A DNA stretch of 64,000 nucleotides from contig OZ365110.1 in assembly GCA_977030845.1 (NCBI GenBank), positions 32,550,001-32,614,000 of the forward strand. Direction: 5' to 3'. The DNA is from Fimbriosthenelais zetlandica. Its lineage: Eukaryota. This document shows, piece after piece, positions 13,072 through 25,900 of this stretch. Every line of letters starts with the position of its first letter. Positions within the stretch are counted from its first letter, which is position 1. The notes under the pieces were generated by a model that was not told the origin of the DNA, searched no databases, and saw only the letters and a list, made by a program, of their open reading frames with translations. The position numbers were made by a program, and so were the translations under genes.

Positions 13072-16000
13072 CTAAAAGCTAGAAATTGATATAGGTTCAT
13101 GGAGGAACTTTCGGTCGCCATTTTCTGAGAATTCTGAGACTACATCTCCAGAACCTTCTAGAACCCATTTGGTTGTTAACAGTCCTTCTACGCCCACAGG
13201 CCCACGGGCATGTATACGGGTTGTACTAATACCAACTTCGGCTCCTGAAAACAGAGAAGAAAACAGTAAATTTAATGTTGAGTTTTTCAAAATTATTCTA
13301 AGTGGAAATAAAAATGCATTGAAAGTACATAAACTGTATAAAGGTAACAAAATAAAGTAGAACTTACCTAAGCCAAATCTATAGCCATCTGCAAAGCGTG
13401 TGCTGCTGTTGTGGAACACACATGCACTATCTACTCCAGTCAAGAAGCGAGATGCAGTGTCACCTACAGGGAATAATTGACCACAATTTACATTATTATC
13501 TCTTCTCTGAATTAAGTCAATATCTGGGAATCTTAAATCACATGTTCAATTATCTGCTTGGTGTGCTCAATCCTTATATAGTGTGAATTATAATTTATTA
13601 ACACTATATTGCCTAACACCCCATTTGATAAACATAGTCAACTTTAAATCTTCAAGTTGGTCCATTGAATTGAATTTTCCCGACTTCTGCTGAATCAATT
13701 GAGGCAATTACAGATAGCAATTATAGTTATCCCAAATAACACCAGTCATTTCAAATCACCTATATTTCCGCTTCCTGTTTCTTACCAGTCAAAGTGTATG
13801 AGGCCTCATAGGAAGGGTACCCAAGGACAGTGGGACTTCCTTGTGCAATTAATGTAAGAAGAACTGTAGCCTACAGAAAAAAAGCTACAAAAGCCTACAG
13901 TTATATGGCTGAAGGCATATTGCTTTCTACATTCCTACCTAAGATACCACTAAAAATGGTTAGGTTCAATAATTAAAAAAAAGAATAACAAACTTACCAT
14001 TTTCAGTGACGATGGCGTCAGTATGTGAGCTGCCATACTTGTGGATATGGTTGATAGCTTCCTCCACATCGTCCACCACCTCCACTGTACACTCTAAACC
14101 ACTGTACTCTACCGCCATGGAGGAGGCCGGAGGAGGGCCAAACTTCATATGAGAGAGAAGCACAGGGCCAGCGTGGATCCTTACCTGTATTCAGAAAATG
14201 AATACATCGTAAATAACATTGGCTAAATTCCTTCTAAAATAACCTTTGCTGAATGGAATTTCTGCTACATTCATTGAACAATAACCTAAGCTAAATTCAT
14301 CGAATAACCTTCGTAAAATAATTTAATAACAATAACTTTCACTGAATTCATGACGGTGCCTACTTGTGACTGTGAGTCCTATGCTCACTGAGGTATCATA
14401 TGCCGCAGGCACATGACATGATACCTCACCTTGTCACATTATACTACCACCTGGTCGACCAACCCTAGCACTGTCCTCTTATTGCTGAGCGCCAAGCGAG
14501 AGAGCTTAGTGGTCGGATAATGAGATCTCCCGCGATCTCCCTGAACATGCTCCAAATAAGAACGTAGAGTGATCTGCCCGATAAATCATCGGATCAGATC
14601 TTTTTTTGGCTCCCGATCTCCTGTGGTTGCAAAACCGGAAAGAAAGTCGGGCTGGTGAATGTCGGGCTATTATACTTACGCCATTGCTCTTCAACATTTC
14701 TATGAGCTCATCAAACATGGGCGTCCTCAGCAGATTACGGTGGATTAACAGCGTCTCCATGGCGTTGCAGGCTGCGGGGTAGTCACATTTAGAATCTTTC
14801 ACTATTTTGAGGGCTTTTTCAGGGTCACAGTCGGCGTCAACAAACACATGGCACACTCCCTCACTATGGCCCAGCACGGGAATGGCTTTACTCTTTTCCT
14901 GGATGGATCGGATCATATCGCTGGAGCCGCGAGGTATGACTAGGTCGATATACTCATCTAACATCAATAGATCTTCTATGTCTTCACGCTTTCCGATCTA
15001 TAACATAACATGAACAATTATTGTCGTTTCTTATCTGTAGTATATACCGTATTTGCCGGTGTATACGCCGCGACTTTTTAAAAAAAATCGCGGCCTGCGG
15101 CTAATACAACGACGCGATTTTTATATAGATGTCTATACAAAGCAGCGGCTTATATGTGGATTATAACCTGATCGACCAAGGGGTGCGCCTTATACACAGG
15201 TGCGCCTTATACACGGGCAGATACGGTAGTAACTAAACAGTTTTAAAATTGTAAAAATAATAATATTTTTGTTAATCTGACAATCATGAGTGGGTGACTG
15301 ATGATTTTTGTTTTTTTACCCCCTTTTCCAACTTAAAAGGGCACTATCACGGAGGTGCAATGAGCGCCAGGAAGACCTGCTTCACCTGTGAGTGACGTCA
15401 TACCGTCCGCAGATTTAAGTAGGCCTACGTCCTTCCTGTTTTATACATATTTTATACATAGGCCCAGAAGAAAATCAAGTAAAAATCAACAATACATTTA
15501 TATGGCAATGAATACATCGAGAAGACGATAATACAAGTTAGAATGCAAAAAATCAGTGTAATGTAGCAAAAAAATAATACTTACCAAGGCAACAGCATCT
15601 TTGTTAACGTATGTTTCCAAAGCCTGTTGTACTAGTTGATGTAAGATACGATTACTGTGACTCGCTTCCTTTCCTCCCTTTAGCAACAGCCCATTCCCTG
15701 AACTGATGGCGAGAGCCGCAACCTGAGAAAGGAATTTGGGGATATCATATTATTCACAGATGTTTTCGCCAAATATGGCAAGAGATATACCCTTAAAGCG
15801 ACCGTCCCACTATACACAACGTTAAATTAGGTGTCAAGAGGGGCCACATAATATATAGCGAAACTTCACTATAATTGAAATAGAAAAATGAAAAGGAAAG
15901 AAATACCTGTGGAAGGCAATCTGGCCTTGCTTCAAAGATGACCAAGAGAACTCCAATGGGTACTGTGATTTGTTTGAGTTTTAACCCATCCGCCAGCTGT

Positions 16001-19000
16001 GTATGTTTCAGTATTCGTCCTAGGTTTTGGTGAGAAGTTGCCGCTATTTGCCTCAAACCATCAGCTAAGTTGAGCAATTTGTTTTGGCTAAGAACAAGTC
16101 TGGCAACGAGTGGAGCGGCGATTCCTGAAACATTTTTAAAAATTGTTTTTGTTACTACTTTAAAAAAATGATACCCCCTCTTCTTATAGGGTACTTATCC
16201 CCCCTATATATAGGCCTAACCCCACGATGTCATTGATTGGGGCTTCAATGTGGTTTCAATTCATATTCACCTGAATTCCTGGCCTTTTCAAGGTCCTTTA
16301 AATTAGCAGCTAGGATGTCTGATTGGTGTTCTATGAGGAGATCTGCTAGTTTATTAATGATCGTTGCCCTCTCCTCAGGTTTTAAAGATTGTAGAGACCG
16401 TCCTCCTTCTCTGGCTGCAATCAAAACAGAAATAAAAAGTTTCTTTTTTTTATTGAATATTAAATAATCCAATATAGATTACATAATAATTTATTGGAAT
16501 TATTTTAATGATTCAAAATGGGGAATGAAATGAATTTGTTCGAGCAAAGGGCAAGCAAGGTCTCATGAAGCAATTTTTTTTTGGAAATCTGTTTCGCTCA
16601 TCCTTTGAAGAGATTAATATAATTAAAAAGATTGATTTTGTGTCCCGTCATTCACTTAATTTGTTTCCATGATTTTATTAATTCAACTAATTTTGATTTA
16701 AATTGATTTAAACACAGCTTTTACCTTGACTAGCTTGGATCTCTACAGGAGCAGCCATTACTGGCATTTTTGAAAAGAAGGTACCAATGTTTTTGCCATT
16801 TACTGTGTTCAGAATAGTCTTGTCAACAAAGCCGTTAGCAACCACGACAGAAACCTCATGTTCTAGAGCCCATAGCGCTGCCCTGACCTGCAATAGTGAA
16901 AAAAAAAATAATTATATAAAATGTCTTTTTTTTCCCAGAAAAACGTGGCTAATACAATGACGCGATTTTTATATAGATTTCTATACTAAGTAGCGGCTTA
17001 TATAATTATGGATTTCAACCTGAACGGCCAGGGGGCGGCTTACATTTTCACAAATCCTACCTTGGATTCCATGCCGCCCAGTCCCACCCTGGACTTGTCA
17101 CCGAATATGATGGAGTGACCGTTAGATTTGGGGGTGTATGTATGTAGGAAGCGTGAGCCATCAGTGCCGGGAGGAGAGGTATAGAGGCCGTCTACATCTG
17201 ACAGTAACATCAATAGATCAGCCCCCATCTCAACGGACAGGCGGGCACCCAGACTGTCATTGTCCTTCACACTGATCACCTACAAAACAAATATTTTAAA
17301 ACATTTTAGAATTTTAGATTTAATTACAAAATAATATAGTGACATCTGTCCAGTTTAGCGGATTACTTTCTTCTTCTTTTTCTTTTAGTTAGAATTTTTA
17401 TATATTATAATTTTTTAATATATTTTCACCATATTATTGGTGAAGCCAGCTCACACTCTTCAGCTGGGGGCTCTTTATCTACGTGCACATCTATATTGCC
17501 TCCTGTGCAATGGATATTTCTAGGTGAATGAGGTCTAGAACGTATTACAACACACCAAGACCCTGAGGGAAGGCATTGGAAATGCCTTGGACAACTCGGG
17601 GGATTGAACCGCTGACCCTTCGATGATCATTGGTCAATCACCCTGTCTGAGCTGGCGCACTAACCAACTGAGCTAAGAATATAGGGATTTAAGAATATAT
17701 CAGGCCTACTATGCAATGGAGAAGTAATGCTAATTAATGAATTAATTAATGACATGTAAGTGAAAATAATTTTATGGGCAGTTAAATTATTTTGATTATT
17801 TTGTGGGAGAGTAATTAAGTGAGTGATTGAAGATTCGAGCGAGTTCCTTGCACTTGGAACACACTGCGAATTACGTTCAGTTGCTTGCATTTTCTTGTCA
17901 TGCAACTTCAGAAAAAACGCCAGCAATGGAGCACACCCATTAAATTGTCTAATCTAATCAGATACTATAGACGAATACTCTCGACTAGCAGTGCACAAGA
18001 AGCAGATCGCCAACGGCGGATGCATCTATAAAAAGTTGCATGTGCCACGATTGCGACCACAAAAACGCTCTGGTCTGTTCAAAGCATTATGTCCAGTCAA
18101 AATCTTTTCAACAAATAATTTCAAACGAAGTGAAAACGAACTTACACCTTGGAGGTCCATGTCAGGCTCGGGTGGAGGAGCCACAGCATCGTTAGCGTTC
18201 ACTATAGGGATGATGTTAAGACGCATGAGTTCATTAAGAGTTGATCTCAGATTACTCCTCCTGCTGTCATGATTGAAATCAGGTTTTGTTACCAGTACCT
18301 GGCAAAAGAATATTAGTCATTATCAGATATAGGTTCGATTGAGAGTAGAGAGTGAGTGATTCAATGGACAGATAGGGAGACAGGTGAGTGTGGGAAAAGG
18401 GTAAAAATAGCTGAAATGGATAGTACATTTTGGCATCATTTAATTTGAAGAAGGAGACAGGCAGACATCTACCTGTGCTGTTCGAAGTCCATACTGTGCA
18501 AACATCGCCTCATAAAGTGACATTAGACCACTTTGTCCTGCAGCTGCACAAGCCCGTGGTGGTAATATACACTAGAAAAGATTTAAATTGCATTACATTT
18601 TTGTGTGAAAATAAACCTTATTAATCTAAAATTGAGTTCGATGGCACTATATTTCAGTTTCCATTGGCAAAGTGTGCGTTCGATGACTCACCTCATTACT
18701 CACCTTATTGTCTTCCCATGAGTTTAGTGTCTGTCTCATGCTCATTGACATGGCTATTTCTTGTCGGAGTTTTTGTTTTCCGAATGCCACCGCTCCACTG
18801 GTGACAATCATCATCTCATGACCTCTACCTTGCAACTCGGCCACCTGAAGGTCAAAAATAAAGAGGGAATAAAAAGATTGGACTGATGGAAGGAAAAGAA
18901 GAAGGTGGAAATAAATTATTATATTGTGGGGGGAAAAGGATGAAAGAAGGAAGAGATGAATTTAAGGAAGGAAGGAATATAGGCCTAATGAAGGAGTAGA

Positions 19001-19565
19001 GCAAGAAAGAAACACCACATATTCTTTCGAATTTTGGTCTATACAAATACTAATTACCGAGCTCATAATCCAATATAATTAAAAGTAATGATGCGAACAC
19101 ACCAACCCGGTTTTAAGTCGCGCGCGACTTTTATAAAAGACCTATAAAAATGTATGAAAAAAGTCTATAGAAGGTCTATATGTGCAGGGATACGCCTAAG
19201 TGGTCGCGCCATGTGTACTTTTTATGCAATTTCCATAGAAAAAAGTCGCAGTACGACTTAGGTGTGTCCGCACCAATAACCTAAAATCCAGAGAATCGCA
19301 AATCCGAGGAATGGCCTACCTGTTCAACAATAGAAGCAAGTCGGCCTAGAGCCAGACCACACTCATCTTCACGAGTAATAACAGCACTGCCTAGCTTCAC
19401 CACTATTCTCTTGGCATCCCTCAACTCATGCCGATATAAAACAGCTTTCTGATGACTCGGAGAGGTGGCGAATGAACGCTGCTTATGATGTAAAATCACT
19501 TTAGGTTCCTTCAAAGCTGTACCCCCACGTAGATAGCCAGCTATACGCGAGGCTTTGGACAACAT
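13072..19565 (-). CDS. ALDH18A1: Delta-1-pyrroline-5-carboxylate synthase (bifunctional glutamate 5-kinase / gamma-glutamyl phosphate reductase), mitochondrial; 13 coding exons, 764 aa
   Basis: Exons (minus): 19565-19320, 18844-18704 (alt end 18692), 18571-18473, 18298-18146, 17279-17061, 16887-16725, 16414-16271, 16124-15907, 15722-15585, 14997-14680, 14184-13998, 13463-13368, 13244-13072. All introns are GT-AG and phases join into 765 codons. Motifs: [109 protein letters not shown]. The basic N-terminus resembles a mitochondrial presequence. Confidence 0.97.
14352..14505 (-). mobile_element. Fragment of the same SINE family
   Basis: Shares GTCACATTATACT..GGTCGACC..GCTGAGCGCCAAGCGAG with the copies at 38165 and 58238. 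Confidence 0.7.
15045..15228. mobile_element. Tc1/mariner-type MITE (TA-flanked), full copy; related partial copies at 16937-17042 and 23874-24020
   Basis: Termini TA-CCGTATTTGCCGGTGTATA ... TATACACGGGCAGATACGG-TA form inverted repeats. The internal GGCTAATACA..GACGCGATTTTTATATAGAT block is shared by all three copies. Confidence 0.85.
17590..17690 (-). mobile_element. tRNA-derived SINE head
   Basis: Minus strand has A-box TAGCTCAGTTGGTTAGTGCG and B-box GGTTCAATCC, but the spacing between them is too long for a tRNA. Confidence 0.6.
19092..19274. mobile_element. MITE-like inverted-repeat element in P5CS intron 1
   Basis: GCGAACACACC..TAAGTCGCGCGCGACTTTT on the left versus AAAAGTCGCAGTACGACTTAGGTGTGTCCGC on the right. 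Confidence 0.65.
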
Positions 19566-19570
19566 TATGT

Positions 19571-19712
19571 TTCTGAAATTCAATATAATTAGTATAGGTT
19601 AAATTCTGAAATTCAATATATTAGTACAGGATAAATTCTGAAATTCAATAAATTAGTGTAGGTTCTATTCTGAAATTCAATAAATTAGTGTAGGTTAAAT
19701 TCTGAAATTCAA
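19571..19712. repeat. 32-33-bp minisatellite (5 copies of the TTCTGAAATTCAA core) at the P5CS start-exon acceptor
   Basis: The core starts at 19571, 19604, 19636, 19668 and 19700. Confidence 0.95.
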
Positions 19713-22700
19713 GTTTTTTCATTAAACATGCCCCTATCATAAAACGCTATACACGGTCTGGTAGAAGTAGAGAATTATCCTAGGTGAAAAATAACGCTAA
19801 CTATAAAAGCACTCAAAATAGCAAGTCTCCACAGAAACATCCTACTAAACATTCTGAAAGGGAAACAGCGACCTACGGCCTACTTTAGACTATCTTCAAT
19901 GCTTCATGAACTATAGCCTTTTTCGGGACACACCGGGGCATAGGTCTATCACAAAAATCTGTATATTATAGTAATTTAATATGCGCATTCTATGGTAGGA
20001 CTAATCAGGAAATCCGATTATTGAAATATGAATTGAAACTTTTATCAAATACATTTATTTTTGGTACCATTCAGATTTTGAAACATTTAATATCATAGGG
20101 CACGCCATCTTTAGTTAATACATTGGAATCATGGAGTCCATAATTCTAAGTACTGAGGGTAGGATGATGTAGTGATTTCATATGAAACAGGGTCTATATT
20201 TTTATATTTTTTTCTAATATAAGGTCCAAAATGAAGATTTTATGACATATCCACGTAGGTTTGTGCGTTGGAGGGGGTTGGGGGTAGGGCAGTAGGATGG
20301 AAGTCGTGAGGGTGGGCAGGGGTAGGATGGGAGGGGGGAGCAGGGGTGTACACCTAGTGCTCCCGCACCAACCCCTGTCAACAGTCAAAGCCCTACTGTA
20401 CTCGGACTCAACAGACCAATATAAAATATTTGGCTATCCAGGGGTGTCCATATCCCACCCCGAGGTCAAAATTGGATGGATTTCTTGGAAGTATTTTCAT
20501 AAATTTACATTAGAATACATGCCAATGTGAGTTTCTTTGTGAAAAGGGCATTAGGAAGTTCGTGATCTATCTCCCCCAAAAACTTCTTATAAATATCTGA
20601 CACCGACGATATATTGAAGAAAATTCATCGAATTCATCGAACAAATTTCAAAATATACTTTCGGACTCGTCAATTGTCAATCACAAAAATAATTATTTAT
20701 AAAAATAAATTTATAAACAGAAAAAAGAACTCGAGGGATGAATATAACTTCTCTATAATTATGAAATACCATGTATTCGAATTCATGAACGAATGATTGA
20801 TTGATTGAATGAATTAATTAATTAATATTAATAACAATGTAATTAACATACATGTAGTATTGAATACATTCCTTGAAACAGTTGAAAATGACTTATGAGG
20901 TCTAATAGCCTATATTATAGTAGTACCATAGACTAGTAGGAGACACTATAGAACAACCAATGATGATGCAATGCCACCTTGGCTATTCATCAGCCAGCAT
21001 CCAAGCTGTCTTCCATATTGTAGCCTACTCAATACAACCATTCACTACTAATCATACCATGAATCCTACCACAAAATCAAGGCTTACTATAGTATCATTA
21101 TTCACTGGATATCACAATCAATCAACCAGTTCAAAATCAAAACATTAGCACGTGGCATTGGGCTAAAAATAGGTCTTTGGATAGAGGGGTGAGACCAAAG
21201 GTATAATAGAGAACGTTGGTTCAATTCCATTAGATAAAAATAATATGACAAGCTAGTTCGACCGATCCAAATATATAACTGTCACTGAGGGACGAATAAA
21301 GGTAAAGGAATATAAAGGTAGGAGAGTGTATTGAAAGTAGAACACCTTGAAGTCATGAGTGACCTGCATAGCAATCTGCAACACTCGACTCGTCTGGGCC
21401 GAGAATTAACGAGTCTAAACTCACTATACTGTAAAATATCAGGAACAGATTCTTGAGAAATATGAAGTGAATTCTACTCACCACTGTCTGTTTCCCGGTC
21501 CAGAGAAAAGGTTGTAATTCATTGGAGTGATGGTTTTGTTTTGGTTCTATCAGATTTCCAGCAGCAGACGAACCGGTGTGGTGGTGGCGTCTGTGGTTAT
21601 GTTTGTCTGCAGTGGGAAGGATTGGGAGGTGGGTAGGGTGGGAGGGAGAGGGAGGGGGTTAGGCAGGGGGTGGGCGGGAGACTGCATGATGCAACGTTGG
21701 TCTCCTCGATCTCCAAGTACGAGAGATATTAGTGAGAAAACGGTCGGGAAAAGATCTACAAAAATAATTTTAAAAGGAGTTTTCTCTCTGGCTACATTAT
21801 CCAAAGGGACAATATATTATGTTAAATAAGGTTGGACCCTTATTTTTGCCAAGGCGAAAAAATATGTGTTACAATTTAGGGCGTAATAATTTATGTCTTT
21901 AAATTTTATTTATGAATTTATTTTTGGAACTTTTTTCCATTTAACAAATTTAACAGGTTCCTTCAGTTCAGCTGAAAAAAGAGGAAATGCACAGTAGATG
22001 AAATAAATATTACACAACAGAACCTTGATGCATACAATAAAGACAATTATAATGAGACAATGTACAACATGAAAGATTATAGATGGTCAAAATGCACTAA
22101 TCATGAACGATTTTTTTGTGAGTTTCATCTAAACGAGGATGTAAATTCATGTTGATTTTATTTTACACTTACTGAACCATAGTGAAACCTGCAGCGATAA
22201 CACCCGAATGAAATAATACACTGGGAATTTCATTTTTCTGTGTTCAAATATCACTTGCTGCCATTTGAGGGAAAATAAAAAAGCCAGTTCCAGCATATGA
22301 TGTAGCCTTTTCCAGATTCTGAGTATAAAGATAGATGCTCTATCTGACTAAAAAGATATACATTTTCTAACAATTGTACCAACTGTCAAGCGAACTGGAA
22401 AATAATACATGTGGTAACAATTACTTTGGTAACAACAGTTGGACCTAGGTCATAAATAAAATACATATTATTACATTTCCTTTTAGAAGAAAGTGTTTTT
22501 ATGGACATAATTACATATGATTCACAGATGCTTGCTTCGACCAGTTCATAGCAGCTTTGATTCAACATTAACTAATAATAAAAGTTACATAATCAGTCAC
22601 ATAATCTCGGCGCACAAATATGCATTAAAGAGTATCTTTAGTATTATGCAGACACGTGTTCATGAGAAAAGACATCTCAAATTAATTCAAGTTTTCAAGG

Positions 22701-22932
22701 CCACCGCTATGATTATTAGGATTGACATATTTATTCTAATATACCGTAAATTTACATAATTATAATATCAAAGCCAGTTTAGGACGAGCAGGAAACAAGG
22801 TGTTGGCACACAATGGGCTGCACCTCTCGAACGGCAATAACGGTTCATTTATCGTCCTCTCACCACAGGGGAAATGACTGGTCTCTGATATCCTAGTTAG
22901 CAGCATTGGGTGGAGAAGAAGAACTAGATCAA

Positions 22933-25900
22933 TTAGTTCATGAATTCTGAGAAGATATGACCTTCAGGCATGATATTGGTTCTGATGATATTGTCCACCT
23001 GGTTCTGAGGTATACAGTCACATATAAAGTGTAGCGTCATCTGATAGAGACGGGAATCTTTAGACCGTGGTTTACAGATGTTTAAATGGTTGAGGTCCGT
23101 CATCAAATGGTACTCTCCAAATCCAGGGTCTGGAAAATATTGCCATCAGGTTCAGATAATATTGGGCCTCCATTCCCCCTACCCATGGAGTATTTATTCC
23201 CGTATTTCATAGATGAATCTCGTATTCCATAGCTATAGGTATTAGGTAGCCGAATTTGGTAGGACAACGTTTATGAAACCAATATTATAGCAAAACCAGA
23301 CATGAAATCCATGGTTTTGGCGGGAAATTTCGTAACGCTAGCGATAGCTTGGGTATTACTCCGCTTCCAATACAACAGCTTTATTCGAAAACATGAACCT
23401 TTGGGTTTTTATGCACCAGTTTCTAGTCATAAACAACTGCATACTGACAAACTACATATATACTAACCTGCATACTAAATATGCAGTTTAGTATGCAGTA
23501 TTTAGTATGCTTTTTTTATTACTACATAAGTAATTTAATTTCTGAATGAATATCTGAACTATGTCATTATGAAGATTATTGAAGGCAACTCACTTGATGA
23601 CTCGGGAGGAACGATCATCAGTTTAAAGTTAAACGGTAGGTCTGATTTCTTCCCCTCACCAAAGGACAAAAGCGGAATACCAGTGTCAAACATCAGGTCG
23701 GTGAAAGACTTGTGTAGAGTTAGAAGCATTTCGGAATCTATAATCGAAGATTGCCAACAAAACATAAAATAGATTACACAAAAATTGGGTAAATGAAGTG
23801 CATTCCCAGAATGGAAATTACCTTAAAATTGTTAATCACGTTGATAAAGTTGAAAGTGTAGCTTTTTCAAATACAAAAAATCGCGGCCTGTGGCTAATAC
23901 ATCGACGCGATTTTTATATAGATTTCTATATAAAGCCGCGGCTTATATAAGAATTTTAACCTGAGCGACCAGGGGTGCGGCTAATACACCGGTGCGGCTT
24001 ATACACCGGCAAGTACGGTAGGCGTTCTCACCTTGGACTAGTTCCTCTACCTCTACTGACGGGTACAGTAGGTACTTGGTTTGAGCAGAGCGAGTCACCA
24101 CCGGTGATCCCCTGTGAGGTACACTGTAAAATACAATACCTCGACTCTTCTCTACTATCTCCTTATAGGCAGGGTTATACCTAGCCGACACTAACATGTT
24201 CTTTATTATGAGACCTAGCCAAGAGAAAATGATAAATGAAAGTGTGGCTGAGCAATTGAATGGGTGCGTAAAGGGTGAGTGGGTGAGTGAANNNNNNNNN
24301 NNNNNNNNNNNNNNNNNNNNNNNNNNNNNNNNNNNNNNNNNNNNNNNNNNNNNNNNNNNNNNNNNNNNNNNNNNNNNNNNNNNNNNNNNNNNNNNNNNNN
24401 NNNNNNNNNNNNNNNNNNNNNNNCCAATATAGGGCTCCCTAGAATTATACTATAACTTTGAGGACAAATTATATAGTTCTGCCCTAATATATAAACACTT
24501 TAATACATTTTAAGAAGAAACTCTCCACTTATGTTTTATAGGGTTTTATGTCGACTGGCAGCATAACTGAAACCAACCATCATAACTAATTAAACATATA
24601 ATGTATGCCTTTACCTCCCATTGAATGGCCGACCCAGATTATAGGTCGTTTACCAAGACCAGCCTCCTTAAGCTTCCTTAATGTTTCCTCACTCCGTACA
24701 GACAGACTCCGCCTGTAAGTAGGTTAATACAGGCTAATTATCACAGATATATCATCATTAATTAAGTCACTGATATAATTATATACGGTAATGAATACAC
24801 CCATCACTAATGTATGTAGAGAAAATATCAATGTCACTTTTCCAGCAATAATATTCGGAGATATTGCATCAGGGCCTTAATTTTGTTCACGCTAAATATT
24901 ACATTATATTGGTGTACTATTATATGAGAAAAAAGTAAATTTCAGATGATAATTATAAAGATAGTTATTATTTAAGGCCAATTATTAGCAGATCTGGAGT
25001 GGAACTATGGAGAAAACACTTACTTTTCACTGCCAAACGGACATTTTGGCGCCCATTCCGACAAGTGGGTCTCATACTCCAATGTTAATAATCTCATATG
25101 AGGGCAATCTTTAGAAAGCCAGTCCTGGAATAGTAAAATAGAATGATCAGTGAAGAACCATATTTTTTAATTTCAAATAACTCAAATAACTTTTAGTGCA
25201 AGGAATTTGAATTTTGCAAGCCATCAATTGAAGCACTGTTTGCAGATACTTGGGCACTAATTCTTTGCCCAGATATATAAAAATTGACCCACCTTTGGCC
25301 AACATTGTGTCCTTGGATCTTCATCTTTTTCATCATTTTCCAATCCATTCTCAGGATGGCTTTGACCTTCACTGAGGCCCATCATATCAACCCTGTCAGC
25401 TTGCTGCTGTGGCACACCCTTAAGTGGCAGACGCTCTTGATGTGGTCCAGCCTGATGTGGCATACCCTCCTGATGTGGCACATTCTGAGGGGGCATACCA
25501 ATACTATCGGGAGATATTGAGATAGGTGCAGCTGCCTTCTGCTTTTTCTTGGGACTCGGAGGATCTGGATCTCTCTGCCGCCATGTTCTGAATGGGCCTC
25601 CAAGTATTCCATGTACAAACACCACATCAGCATACAAAGGCTCTCTGAAAAATTGTTTATGCAATTTCTACTCTTTCCCAGCATATCTGGGCATTACATG
25701 TTTTTCAAAAGCAAAATATAGATTATTTTAAAACAATTTTAGAATCAATACATATACAACACATTCCACCCAACAATTAAATATTGAAATATTTATGAAT
25801 TATGAATCTCAAATGTATCCCAAATGAACAATAGGACTGTTTTGATGACATTTACCTATCAAGATGTAGAACTTCTACAAATAACACTGAATTTAAAATT

